From the human T2T-CHM13v2.0 reference genome, Homo sapiens, in the NCBI RefSeq assembly GCF_009914755.1, contig NC_060932.1: DNA of 64,000 nt, one strand, 5' to 3'. A program made the position numbers and the translations under genes. Positions 35,761 to 52,528 of this stretch are shown here, one piece after another (within the stretch, counting starts at the first letter, position 1; each line of letters begins with the position of its first letter). The notes beneath the pieces were generated by a model that was not told where the DNA came from, made no database searches, and saw nothing but the letters and a program-made list of their open reading frames with translations.

Positions 35761-36859
35761 AAGAAAGAATATTTCTGACACAGTTCTTTCTAACAGGATT
35801 CGAGGGAATTTTTTAAAAAGTTTTCCCAATGCAGGAGTGTGTGTGTATGTGTGTGTATGTGTGTTTAAAATTTAAGTATAACACTTACATAGAAAAGTGC
35901 AGAAAACAGAAGAATCTAGCTGAATGCAAAGCCTTGTGTAACCACCCCCATGATCAAAAAGCAGAATGATGTTGACCCTCCCCCAAGCAGTACTCCCCTG
36001 AAAGGCATCTGCCATTCTACTTCTAGTTTTTGTTTAGTTTCCAGTGTAGGCTTCTAAACAATAAAGTGTAGGGAATTGAAAAGCAGTACAAAGCCATTTG
36101 GTTTGGCAAATAAACAGATTTTCAAGCTGTGGGTTTGGCTACCACCGGCATCTCTCTGTGTGTGGAATTTACTTGCAATTCAACTGGAGAGCAAGACCTC
36201 GTCCTGTTTTACCCTGGCGATTCAGTTGCTAAAATTCTCACACATGAGTTTGATCTGAGCCTTATTTAAATACCTTTTTATTCATCCATTAATTAGTAAA
36301 ATTAGCTGGCATAAGCTATATATAGCTGGTTTTTCTGCACAGCCAAGTCAATTTATAAATGCAAATATGTGGGTGTGATAAGGGTGGTTTCCACTGACCC
36401 ACATGTAATCAAACATCCTGTTATATGACACAGTGCCAGTCTGTGCATAGGCATTTGAAAGTACTAACTGGGTTTGTGAATTCAGTGATGCTGTTCTTCA
36501 ATAAAATAAAGACTCATTTTTCTGATGTTAAGGAACACAGCACCTTTGTTACTGACTGTTATTTCAACTTCTGTTTCATGTAGTTTTGATATTTATTTTT
36601 GTTGGGGGTGACAGAGAGAGGCATAATTGACCTGTGGCATTTGTTAATCCATGAAGTCATGCTTCACTTATGCATCATTCAGAAAACACTTCTTGGATAC
36701 TCACTACTCATGAATATGCATGCATATGACTTGCAGTCAAAGCCATGAGTTCTCAATAGCAAAACTGTTCCAGATATACTCAGAGAGTTAAAATGTTTAA
36801 AAAACTTTTTTTTAAAGAAAATTTTCCTTTTATTTTTGTTGTTTTGTTTTGTTTTTTTT

Positions 36860-37022
36860 TAGAAGCAAGATCTCACTATGTTGCCCAGGCTAGAGTGCAC
36901 TGGCCATTCACAGGCACGATTATCACTCACACACTATGGTCCTGAGATCCTGGGCTGAAGTGATCCTCCTGCCTCAGCTTCTCGAGTAGCTGGGACTAGA
37001 GGCATGTGCCACTGCACCTGGC
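36860..37022 (-). mobile_element. FAM (fossil Alu monomer, 7SL-derived)
   Basis: Contains 7SL-like GGCCATTCACAGGCACGAT, which dimeric Alus lack, joined to the Alu-domain 5' end. Confidence 0.75.
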
Positions 37023-37239
37023 TTAGAGTATAAATTTTTGTGTCACACAAGATATGAAGAACATGCACAGGCACTGGACCCATCTGTGGGTTCATCTTTC
37101 TGTGGGACCCACTAAGGGACCCATCTTTCTGTGAAAAAGTCACAAGTGAAGTCCTGGCCATGCAAGGAATAACCATACCCCAAGAGATCATGCTGAGCCT
37201 GTAGTTTGCCTGTCTGCATCCCCCAACCCCCCCAGCTTA

Positions 37240-38170
<931 letters not shown>

Positions 38171-39207
38171 CAAAACCTCCAGTTTATTTCCTCCAGCCAC
38201 AGTTCCTGATGCTTGGCATCTCTGCGTTTTAACTGCTTGTCTCTGTTAGCAACTGCTGGATGCTACAGAGGATTTGAACAAAGAGTGAATCCTGAGAATG
38301 GAGGGAATATTGGACTAAGGAGACTGACCAGAGCAGAACAGTTTCCAAGTGAAGAAGTGAGTCCCTTAGTTGGAAATAAAGTAGGAAGAGATGGGGAAAT
38401 AACTTGGCTGGATTCCTTACTAATCTTGGTGAATAATATAGGTATGGATTAGTAACACTGTAGTAGCTAATGAAAAATATTCCAGGTTGTGAACTTTGGG
38501 GTGTCTGAGGAGCAGCATGATGTCGTAGTCATAAACTGAGAGTCATGAATTGGTTTCTGGGCTGGGTGTGGTGGCTCACACCTGTAGTCACAGCACTTGG
38601 GGAGGCCAAGGCAGGAGGATCACTTGAGGCCAGGAATTCAAGACCAGGCTGGGCATCATAGTGAGACCTCATCTCTACAATTTTTTTTTTAAAGGAATTG
38701 GCTTCTAGTCAATGCTTTGTCAAATACCAGTCTTGGGACATTAGATGAAGCTCCTTCATCTAATGTTTTTCTAATACATAAAACAGTAATAACAGATTTT
38801 TGTTTGGTATCTCATCCAGTTGTTGCAAGGATTAAACGGGGTAATGTACCTGGGAGTTCCTTGAAGAGTCTAATTTTCTACCCAGTTTTGGCTGTTGTTT
38901 TGGATTAAACTGTACTACCCCGAGCCTTTTCTTGATTTTGGAGGATCCCTACCCACTCCCTACTCATGGTACCCCTGGCCTGTTCTGGTAGATTCACTCA
39001 TGCATCATCACCAGTCCTGTGGGGAAGTGGAAATTTGGTGTACATACCAGGTGCACTTTCATTCTTCTCAAAATGTTATGACAAATAGCAAAGAGAACAC
39101 CTTTTCTTTTATCATTAGCTCATCCTTAAGCATCTCGTTAGGGGTAAAGCAATTAAAAAAAAAAAACAAGTTTTAGCTAGACGTGGTGGCATGCCCCTGT
39201 CATCCTA

Positions 39208-39315
<108 letters not shown>

Positions 39316-39398
39316 TCATCTCTGAAAAAAAAAGAAAAGAAAAAGAAACAACAACATCAAACAAAGAAACAAAAGCAAGTTTATAAATAAAGAAACAG

Positions 39399-39725
39399 AA
39401 TAGCAGGGACATGGATGCAGCTGGAAACCATCATTCTCAGCAAACTAACATAAGAACAGAAAACCAAACACGGCATGTTCTTACTCATAAGTGGGAGCTG
39501 AACAATGAGAACACATGGACACAGGGAGGGGAACATCACACACCGGGGCCTGTCGGGGGGTGGGGGGCCTAAGGGAGAGATGGCATTAGGAGAAATACCT
39601 AATGTAGATGACGGGATGGTGGGTACAGCAAACCACCATGGCTCATGTATACCTATGTAACAAACCTGCATGTTCGGCACATGTATCTTAGAAATTAGAG
39701 TATAATAAAAAAATTTTAAAAAAAA
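39399..39725 (+). mobile_element. 5'-truncated L1PA 3' end with A-tail
   Basis: GGACATGGATGCAGCTGGAAACCATCATTCTCAGCAAACT...GTAACAAACCTGCA. Imperfect TSD AAAGAAACA(TA)GAATA. Confidence 0.9.
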
Positions 39726-40799
39726 GAAACATAGAATAAAAACCATACCTAATTTAGTAAGAGAGGCATTCCCCCCAAGCTCCTCACGTTTATTTATTTA
39801 TTTATTTAGAGACAGAGCCTCGCTCTGTTAACCAGGTTGGAGTGCAGTGGCGTGATCTCGGCTCCCCGCAACCTCTGCCTTCCGGGTTCAAGCAATTCTC
39901 CCTACCTCAGCCTCCTGAGTTGCTGGGACTACAGGTGCCCGCCATCACCCCCAGCTAATTTTTGTATTTTTAGTAGAGACGGGGTTTTGCCATGTTGGCC
40001 AGGTTAATCTCAAACTCCTGACCTTAGGTGATCCGCCTGCCTTGGCCTCCCAAAGTGCTGGAATTACAGGCATGAGCCACTGCACCCGGCCTAAACTTCA
40101 TTTAAATGATGAGGAAATAACTGCAATGGAATGAGCTGGTTGGAGAACGATGTTACTCACCCGAACGCTGGCTTTATGCAGTTTCAACATCCACAGGTAT
40201 CTTCTGATTGATCGCATTACAGTCTTGACCTAATTTCTCCTGATAAGGAGCTGAAAATCAAGCAACAGTACATTAGAACTTTGATTCATGTGACGCCTAT
40301 CATGCCATATAAATGAAAATTCAGAGTTTAGATTAAGAACAGTAAAGCTTTCTCTGTTGTACCTTAAAAGGTACTTCCCTCCTCCTCATAATAATAAGCT
40401 ACATGCTTCTGGAAGTTTTACCAAGACTTGAGATCAGGAGGGAGCATTCTGACGCTGAGCACACCTCTGACTTTGCACATGGTGGTTTCGAGGGGTTGAC
40501 AGCAGAAGATCTCCAGAGTCTAGTAACAGTTCTGTCTTACTGTTCAAATTTGCCTTTTCTACCTCAATTTCTCCTCCATTTTAACAGAAAACCTACTACT
40601 ACTACTTCATATGTATCTAAAATATTTCAAAATCTTTAGTAATGGGATATAAGCACTCTTAGCCATCAGAATAACTTTTAAGGTCAGGTGCAGTTGCTCA
40701 CACCTGTAATGCTAGCACTTTGGGAGGCCGAGGCAGGAAGATCACTTGAGCGCAGAAGTTTGAGACCATCCTAGGCAACATAGTGAGACCTCATCTCTA

Positions 40800-40991
<192 letters not shown>

Positions 40992-41074
40992 TTAAAGATT
41001 AGTAAGCAATTTTTTTCTTTGGAAAAAATTAAAATGAAAATAGACGATTTTAAGAAAACTTTTTATGTTTTTTA

Positions 41075-41860
<786 letters not shown>

Positions 41861-42574
41861 ATTTTAGGAAACTGGTTTTAATGATTTCCTTTTTTTAAAT
41901 AGACAGTTTCTTGCTCTGATGCCTGGAGTGCAGTGGCACAATCACGATCACTGTAGCCTCTGATCTTCTGGGCTCACGCAATCCTCCTGCCTCAGCCTCC
42001 TGTGTAGCTGGGACCACAGGTGTACACCACTGTGCTGGGCTAATTTTTTTTATTTTTTGTAAGGATGAGGTCTCCATATATTGCCCAAAGTGTTGGGATT
42101 ACAGGCATGAGACACTGTACCCAGCTAAGTTTCTTTCTTAGTTGGAAGAGTTTTACAATGATGCCAGCACAGTTACTACCTGTTTTACTTTTGTATCAGG
42201 CAATAATTACCTTTCACAGAAAATATAGTAAGAATAGCAATCCTTTATTAAATATTTGTCCTCTGTTAGGTAGTCAATTCCTTAAAAGGTGTAATATTGA
42301 TATTCTTGTTATTGATAAGGAAACAGATGCTTGGGGATAATAAATATTATGCTCACTTAACTACTAAGTAAATGGAACCCAAGTCAGCCGGACCCCTAAA
42401 CTGATGTGTTTGTTTTATTTAACTTTGAAAGGTTATTTTTTAAAAAATCACAGTTGTAATATGTGGAACATAATGTCCTTGACTTTAGTTTATCAAGCAG
42501 ACTTTATACATTAACATAAATGTAAACGCAGGAATAAGACCACTTCTGGGAAATGTATAATAAATATAATGCAG

Positions 42575-43110
<536 letters not shown>

Positions 43111-43559
43111 AGGAATCTAATGCGCTGCCACTCGAACTTCAGGAAGACAAGAGCTCAGACACTGAAAACCAGTCAGCAAGGCCAAAACAAGAGAGCCCCC
43201 AGTTCTGCCAACTTGGTGCAATTTTTACTATAACCATAGCTGGGAAAAATGAAGAAGAAAAAAATTCACTGGAGTTGCAATGAATATTTAAACATTGCGT
43301 CAAGTTTAAAGCATGATGAGTGTCAAGCCAGTTGAGTTTTCTGCATTAACTTCAGCTGACAACTCAGTTTATATCTATTATAAATGTCACTATTTGTTGG
43401 GGGAAAAATAATCTTCCTCTTTTTTATTTTTAATTTTTTTTAGGGATAGGATTTCATTGTGTTGCCCAGGCTGAAGTACAGTGATGTGATCATTGCTCTC
43501 TGCAGCCTTGAACTCCTTGGCTCAAGTGGTCCTCCTGCCTCAGCTTCCTGAGTAGCTGA

Positions 43560-43760
<201 letters not shown>

Positions 43761-45048
43761 TAATAATTTTTTTATAGCTAAGATTTAATTATGTTTGGAT
43801 TAAACCTTCTCTTCAGTATGTATCTCATACTTTTCTTTTGCTAAATACTTATCTAGCTTGCATTTTTTTCCACATTAAGGAGAATAGCTCTTGGAAATCT
43901 TATATTCTCCTAACTCTTTATCTTAAAATGCTGCCACAAAATCTTAGACATTGAAAAGTTATTAAGGTTCTAGTTGAGAGTTTACTAACAACAAAAAGAA
44001 GGATAATTGGCAAAGAAGACGTGGATTGAGTGAGCCACATAGCCCCTTTCCTGTTCTGGTTTCTTGGTGGCATTTGCAGCAGTGCCTCTATGATGCCTGA
44101 GCAAAACTGGTTTATTGGGAAGTGATGTAAACCATACTGCCAGTGCTTTTGCTCAGCACTTGGGCACTTCGTGGCCGTGTGTCTCATATGATGTTCATAA
44201 TGCTTTTTTTTCCCTCTCCTTCCCCCCGTAATACTTTATGAATAGATGTTTCCACTTCTGAATAGTTCTCCGATTAGAATAGCAGTTACAAAATGGGTAA
44301 GACTTCACCTCGTCCTTTAAAACAGGAAAATTGATAGAATTCCTCCACCTCCTTTCATTACTGAGGCTGTCAGATGATTCTTTAAGCAAAACCCCAGTGT
44401 TCTCTTGTCTGATGAAGTCAGTGTAAGTGATGGTATTTTTACATTGACTTTAATATGAAAGGAACTGTTTAATTGAACGGTTTCATCTCAAGGCCAGGCT
44501 TTAGACTCCTTCTTGGGCTCATGCATGGGATCCTTCTTTTGCACACCTGTGGCCTCCCTGGAACTACTTCTGGTGGTTTCCCTGGACTTAGTATCCCCCA
44601 AACCTGGCAGCCCAGGGCCTAGTGACAGGCAGAGGAATGTATTGCTCTTGCTCTGTGGGGTCAGGTAGGGCCGGGGGAGGTCCTGCATGAATATTTTCAG
44701 TGCTGATTCAGAAAGAGCATTGGGCATACACTTCAGGAAACCCTACCTGGAAGCTACAGCAGCACTGCTCTATCCTAGACTGACCACTTCAGATATTTCC
44801 AACGCGGAGCTGGATGTGGCTAGGAACCGGCTCCCAGCTGAATAGCTTGTGCTGAGTCATTATCAAGTTGCATTTCCTGGCTCAACCAAAGATAAGCAGG
44901 GAAGAACCTAAATGAAAAATGACTTTCAGACTGTGATTTGGGTTAGTATACCACCTCAGGGCAGCAATGGAGTCATGACTGCACAGACACGGGAAAGGAT
45001 CTGGTTGCAGAAACCAAGTGAGTCAGTGATGATGTATCATCATTCTAA

Positions 45049-45360
<312 letters not shown>

Positions 45361-45774
45361 TAACAGTGTACTTTCTTTCTTTCTTTTTTTTTTTTTTGAG
45401 ATGGAATTTCGCTCTGTAGCCCAGATTGGAGTGCAGTGGCGTGAATTCAGCTCACTGCAACTTCCGCCTCCCAGGTTCAAGCAATTCTCCTGCCTCAGCC
45501 TCCTGAGTAGCTGGAATTACAGGTGCGCTCCACAACGCCCAGCTAATTTTTTTTTTCTAGAAGTTGAATTGTACAAAGTACACTTATATTTTGACACCTG
45601 ATCCAAAACACAGTCATGTACCACATTACAATGTTTCAATCAATATATAGCATACAAAAAAAAAACAACAACAACAGTAGTCCTATGAGATAAGAGCTGA
45701 AAATTCCTTATTACTTAAATGTTATTTTGAAAGTCAACATTTTTCTTCTACATATTTTACTCATAAGCATGGCA

Positions 45775-46378
<604 letters not shown>

Positions 46379-47638
46379 TGAGCAGCTCTTCTTTGAGGTG
46401 TTTATTTGAAGTATTCAAAAGAACAGAGAGATTCCAGTAGGGAACAATGAAAATATTAAGGCTTCTATATCATGCCCTGTGAGGGAAAGTAGACAAAGAT
46501 GAAATAAACTTCAACAAGAGACTAAAAAACTACTTGAGTGTTTTTGATTACCAACTTTTCATGAGCTGAATAGTTTGAAAATTTGCTGCTTTTCTAAGTT
46601 TTCCCTTTAAGATCAGGGATAAATCATTTCCTGGAAGGATATTTTTCACTGTAAGCTCTTTCTGTTTCTATGTTGATAATCTAATCTGAATAATTAAGTT
46701 TTATTGAGACCTTCCTTTTGAAAGTAACTTGTTACCTATGTATGATTAACCTGGCTATTATTCTAAATGTAGAATTTAAAGTGTTTTATCCATGGTAGCT
46801 CACACCTGTAATCCCAGCACTATGGGAGGCCAAGGTAGGAGGATTACTTGAGCCCAGGAGTTTGACACCAGCCTGGGCAACATAGAGAGACCCTATCTTT
46901 ACAGAAAATAAAAAGAAATTAGTCAGGCATGGTGGCATGGCCCTGTAGTCCCAGCTAGCTACTTGGGAGGCTGAGATGGGAGGATCCGCTTGAGCCTCGG
47001 AGGTTGCAGCTGCACTGGGCTGTGATTGTGCCATTACAACAGAGTAAGACAGAGTCTCAAAAAAAAAGTGTTTTATCATTTATGTAGAGCTTGGAGTTTC
47101 AAACATAAAGTAGAATTACTTTATCACTTGTAAAAAATGTGTTCTCTGAAAGTTGATAAACAATGAGGTAGAATGACTCCTGAAATTAAAAAAAATAATA
47201 GCAGGACTTTAATAGATAAATCTGAAATAAGTACGATGAACAATTTTTTAAATAAAATATACCCTGAAGCTAATACTTTGTAAATACCAACATTTTCTTT
47301 ATGGCTATAGTGTAACCAAATTCAGGAGTAAGTAACTCAATTATTTGGCTGTCGGGTTGATGGAATGAAAATAAATTTCTTAGAATATGATATGAAATAT
47401 GATATGAAATTCAACTTTACTAAACTTTACTGAACACCAGCAAATGTATTTACAATCCTGGGTTCTATTTGTCAATCACAGACCACCCTTTTTTCTGAGC
47501 ATTTTTTCTGTTCTGAGTTCACATATGGGGTTAGGTTGGCAGTGGATAAATTCCAGTCCCCACCCTTTAATAGGGCATGGAATTATGATGCCACACAAAA
47601 TAATTTCTGTATGTGTTACCCTGCAGATCATGCACCTA

Positions 47639-47842
<204 letters not shown>

Positions 47843-47955
47843 CTATGATTTCAATTCTAGGGTGGAGCTCAGGGTTTGGCAAGGTTCCCTACATTATTAG
47901 ACTGCGCATTTTACCCTTTTTCAAAAGCAGGTAAGGTTGTAGTGTAGAGTGTGGC

Positions 47956-48130
47956 TAGTGATTCTCAACCCTGGCTGCTCATTAGAATCAATGGGGAGCA
48001 TTTAAACCTCCCCATGCCCAAGCTGTTCCCTAACCAATGAAATGGGAATGGTGGGGGCCTAAGCATCAGTATTTTTTAGAGTTCCCCAGGTGATTCTGCT
48101 TGTGTACCAAGGATGAGAATCATTTTACTA
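47956..48130. mobile_element. MER5A hAT-Charlie element
   Basis: TAGTGATTCTCAACCCTGGCTGCTCATTAGAATCA...CCCCAGGTGATTCTG...GATGAGAATCA. Confidence 0.8.
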
Positions 48131-48164
48131 GATTCAGCTATGTGGGAATCTTTCGGCTATTTTA

Positions 48165-48314
<150 letters not shown>

Positions 48315-49999
48315 TTAGCCAGGCGTGGTGGCAGGCACCTGTGATTCCAGCTACTCCGGAGGCTGAGCAGGAGAATTACTTCAACCCGGGAGGTGGAGAT
48401 TGCAGTGAGCCGATAGTGCCATTGCACTCCAGCCTGGGCAACAAGAGTGAAACTCCGTCTCAAAAAAAAAGAAAGAAAGAAAGAAAGAAAGAAAGACAAA
48501 AGAAAACATGGTGGTCAGTGAATTAAGGTGGCCCAGTTAATATCCAGTCAGTTCCCACCTGAATGTCAGATGTCCTGGAGTGCTGAGATGTGTCCAGAAT
48601 TGCTAGCTACCCAGCTAGAAAAGCTACCGCAAGGTCATCTCGGGAAAAGGGAACCACAAATGTCCCAGTTAAGAGGATGGATAGTTTCCCAGGGTTGGAG
48701 TCCTTTCTTTTCCTAGTCACCCCCAAACACTTAAGAGGCCTATGGGATGGGCAGGGGAGCAGGGAGAGCCTCACTCCTCTCCCATCTGTTGGGAGAGCCT
48801 CACTCACCAAAACAGCGTTGCCTTGTCTGTGTCATATGCATCATGTGAGTGCATGAAGTCCCTTGCTCCAGGGACTTCCCATTAGGCCTGGAGTGTCTCC
48901 CATGCAAAGAGCCCGCTCCTCTGTTCCTGGGACACACCTCTGGCAGTCCCAGAGGTTGCCCATTCATCTTGACTTCTGGAAAGAAGCCTATAGTGAGAAA
49001 GGAGCATGTAGTCAGAAACCACCAAGTGCAGCATAGTTCTACATAACTCACAGCATTCAGTAGTTTTGTGTTGTTGCTTTTCTTTCTTTTTCCATACAGT
49101 AGTTCATCTGATATGTGCAGTTACGCAGCACCTGTTAAGTCAGAGGGCTGGGATGGTGAGGTCGCCCTGTAAACTCTGGGCAAATTACTCCATTTCTGAG
49201 CCATCTTTTGCCATCTGTTAGAATTTCTGATCAGGATTTAATCGGGGTTGGTTGTGAAAGAGTATATGAACATGCTTTGATAAAGAAGAAAATAAGTGGG
49301 CCAGGCACAGTGGCTCATGCCTGTAATACCAGTACTTTGGGAGGCTGAGGTGGGAGGATTGCTTGAGGCCAAGAATTCGTTTTTTTTGTTTTGTTTTGTT
49401 TTGTTTTGTTTTGTTTTTGACAGAGTTTCAATCTGTCGCCCAGACTGGAGTGAAATCACACCCAGCAATGGCGTGATTTCGGTTCACTGCAACTTCCACC
49501 TCCTGGCTTCAAGTGATTCACCTTCAGCCTCCCAAGTAGCTGGGATTACATGTGCCCACCACCACGCCCAGCTAATTTTTGTATTTTTAGTAGAGACAGA
49601 GTTTCACCATGTTGCCCAGGCTAGTCTTGAACTCCTCACCTCAGGTAATCCACCTGTCTCAGCCTCCCAAAGTACTGGGATTACAGGCGTGAGCCATCAC
49701 GCCTGGCCGAGGTCAAGAATTTGAGATCAGCTTGGGCAACGTAGCAAGACCCAGTCTCTACCAAAAAAAAGAAAAAGAAAAAAAAAAGAGAGAGAGAGGA
49801 GAGAGAGAGAGAAATAAATGAAATGTATCCCAGTTGAACAACAGTTGAGCTGAGGTGTAAGCCTCCAGATGAAGGAAGAAGGAGCAGCCCTCCTGTAAGC
49901 TGAGAGCCCTGTCCTTAATAACCCTGTCCTATTGAGAATGATTTTTCCTCTTCCTGGATCATGAATGCTTGCTCAGTGAGCCATTGCCATCCCTTGCAA

Positions 50000-50610
50000 A
50001 ACAGACTGACCAAATGCTGGCAAGGATCAGGGAGACGAGTATAAACAGGTATAGCCACTTGCAGGAAACCCTTTGGTCATTTCTTAGAAAATCTACATAC
50101 ATCTACCTCATGACCAAGGAATTCCACTTCTAGATATTAATCCAAGAGAAAGAAAAACATAGGTCCACAAAAAGACATGTCCAGTTCTATATATGGCAGC
50201 TTTATTCATAATATTATGCAACCCTGGAAATATCTCAGATGTTCATTATCAGAAGAGTGGTTCAAAACATTTTGATATATTCATAAAATGGGGTATTACT
50301 CAACCAAAAAAATGAGACACTGATATATTCAACACTGATTGAATCTCAAAAACTTTTTTTTCACCTATAACGTATTCTATGATAAACATTATTTTCAATA
50401 AAATAAGTCAAACAGATAAGAATATGCACTTCATTTCTGTGAAGTTCAGGAACAGGGTCATGAGAGGGGATGCCTTAGAAAGGAGCACCATGGGCCTGTG
50501 AGGTGTCAAGGAAGCTCTGTGTCTGGTTTTGGAAGGTGGTTACGTGGGCACATACATCTACCAGAACTGATGTCAGCACAGTTAGGATCTTTACCTTTCA
50601 TTGTAGGTGC
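50000..50610 (+). mobile_element. L1ME fragment
   Basis: Degenerate L1 3' motifs (AATTCCACTTCTAG, GCAGCTTTATTCATAAT, GGTGGTTACGTGGG). Confidence 0.7.
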
Positions 50611-50728
50611 TTTTTTTTTGGTGGAAAATCAAACTTAGTTGGGCATAGTGGCTCACGCCTGTAATCCCAGGACTTTGAGAGACCCACGTGGAAGGATTGC
50701 TTGAGCCCAGGAGTTCAAGACCAGCCTA

Positions 50729-50976
<248 letters not shown>

Positions 50977-51210
50977 CTAAATAAGAGACAGGGCTTAATT
51001 ACTATTGCAAACATTTTATTACCTTAGCAGATTGTAAGGGTTGAAACCAAAACTTCAAGTTTTACTTGTTTAGAAACTCCAACAGTTCTAATGAATAAAG
51101 AGGATTATAAAATCCTGGGAAGGATTAGCATATGCTGCTTGAGGTCACACTGCTCGTTAGCCATACCATGGATGATTTGCAGGCAACCCGTTTTTTCCTC
51201 CTAAGCTTGA

Positions 51211-51600
<390 letters not shown>

Positions 51601-52041
51601 TAAACCTTTTATAATTGCACATTCCTTTTTAGATATAATTTTCTTTCTTTTTTACTTATACAATATTAAGAGGTGCAAGTGCAGTTTTGTTACACGGATA
51701 TATTGCAGAGTGGTGAAGTCTGGGCTTTTAGTGTAACCATCATCTGAGTAGCACACATTGTACCCACTAAGTAATTTCTCTCTCACCCCTTTCCCATCCT
51801 CTTACCCTCCAAAGTCTCCATTGCCTGTCATTCCACATTCTGTGTCCATGTGTGCAGATTATTTAGCTCCCACTTATAAGTGAGAACATGCAGTATTTGA
51901 CTTTATAAATTGTTTTACTTAAGATAATGGCCTCCTCTTCCATCTATGTTGCTGCAAAATACATAATTTTATTCTTTTTTATGGCTGCAAAATACATAAT
52001 TTTATTCTTTTTTGTGGCTGAATGGTATTCCATTGTGTATG

Positions 52042-52104
<63 letters not shown>
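52042..52104. repeat. (TA)n(CA)n microsatellite
   Basis: Seen directly. Confidence 0.95.
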
Positions 52105-52106
<2 letters not shown>

Positions 52107-52119
52107 CACATTTTCTTTA

Positions 52120-52528
52120 CTTTTATTTCTTCATTTATTTTTATTTCAAACACTAGTGTCAAGGGCTTTCAGTAGATCATGGCGAATTTGCTTCTCTGCT
52201 AAGTAGGAAACCCTGACCCAGAAGCAGGTGGGTCTAGGACCCAGAATCCAGGTTCCCCATGAATGTGTGCCACGTGATGGGCCAGGGTGCGACTGCATTT
52301 CCAGCTGCACCCTGTTTCCCAGGAGGAGGGCCTCTCTGCACTGGACCCCAGTCCTGGCATTGGGGAGAGTAGTCCTCTAGTGGGGACAGTGGGGACCAGC
52401 CATCCAGGGCCAACAAGGCCCATGGAGGCTCTGTGGCGCTGCCATAGGTTCCACCTGAGTGGGATTCTGACTTGGACATGTTCAGTCATAATCCCACAGA
52501 TGGCAGATTCGCCCCATTGGCTCCTCAG
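52120..52528 (-). pseudogene. Retroposed 3' end of 28S (LSU) rRNA, SINE28/LSU-rRNA-type pseudogene
   Basis: Minus strand CTGAGGAGCCAATGGGGCGAATCTGCCATCTGTGGGATTATGACTGAAC...CTGCTTCTGGGTCAGGGTTTC...GCCCTTGACACTAGTGTTTG matches the 28S 3' terminus. A-rich tail 52120-52146. TSD CACATTTTCTTTA at 52107-52119 and 52529-52541. Confidence 0.9.
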
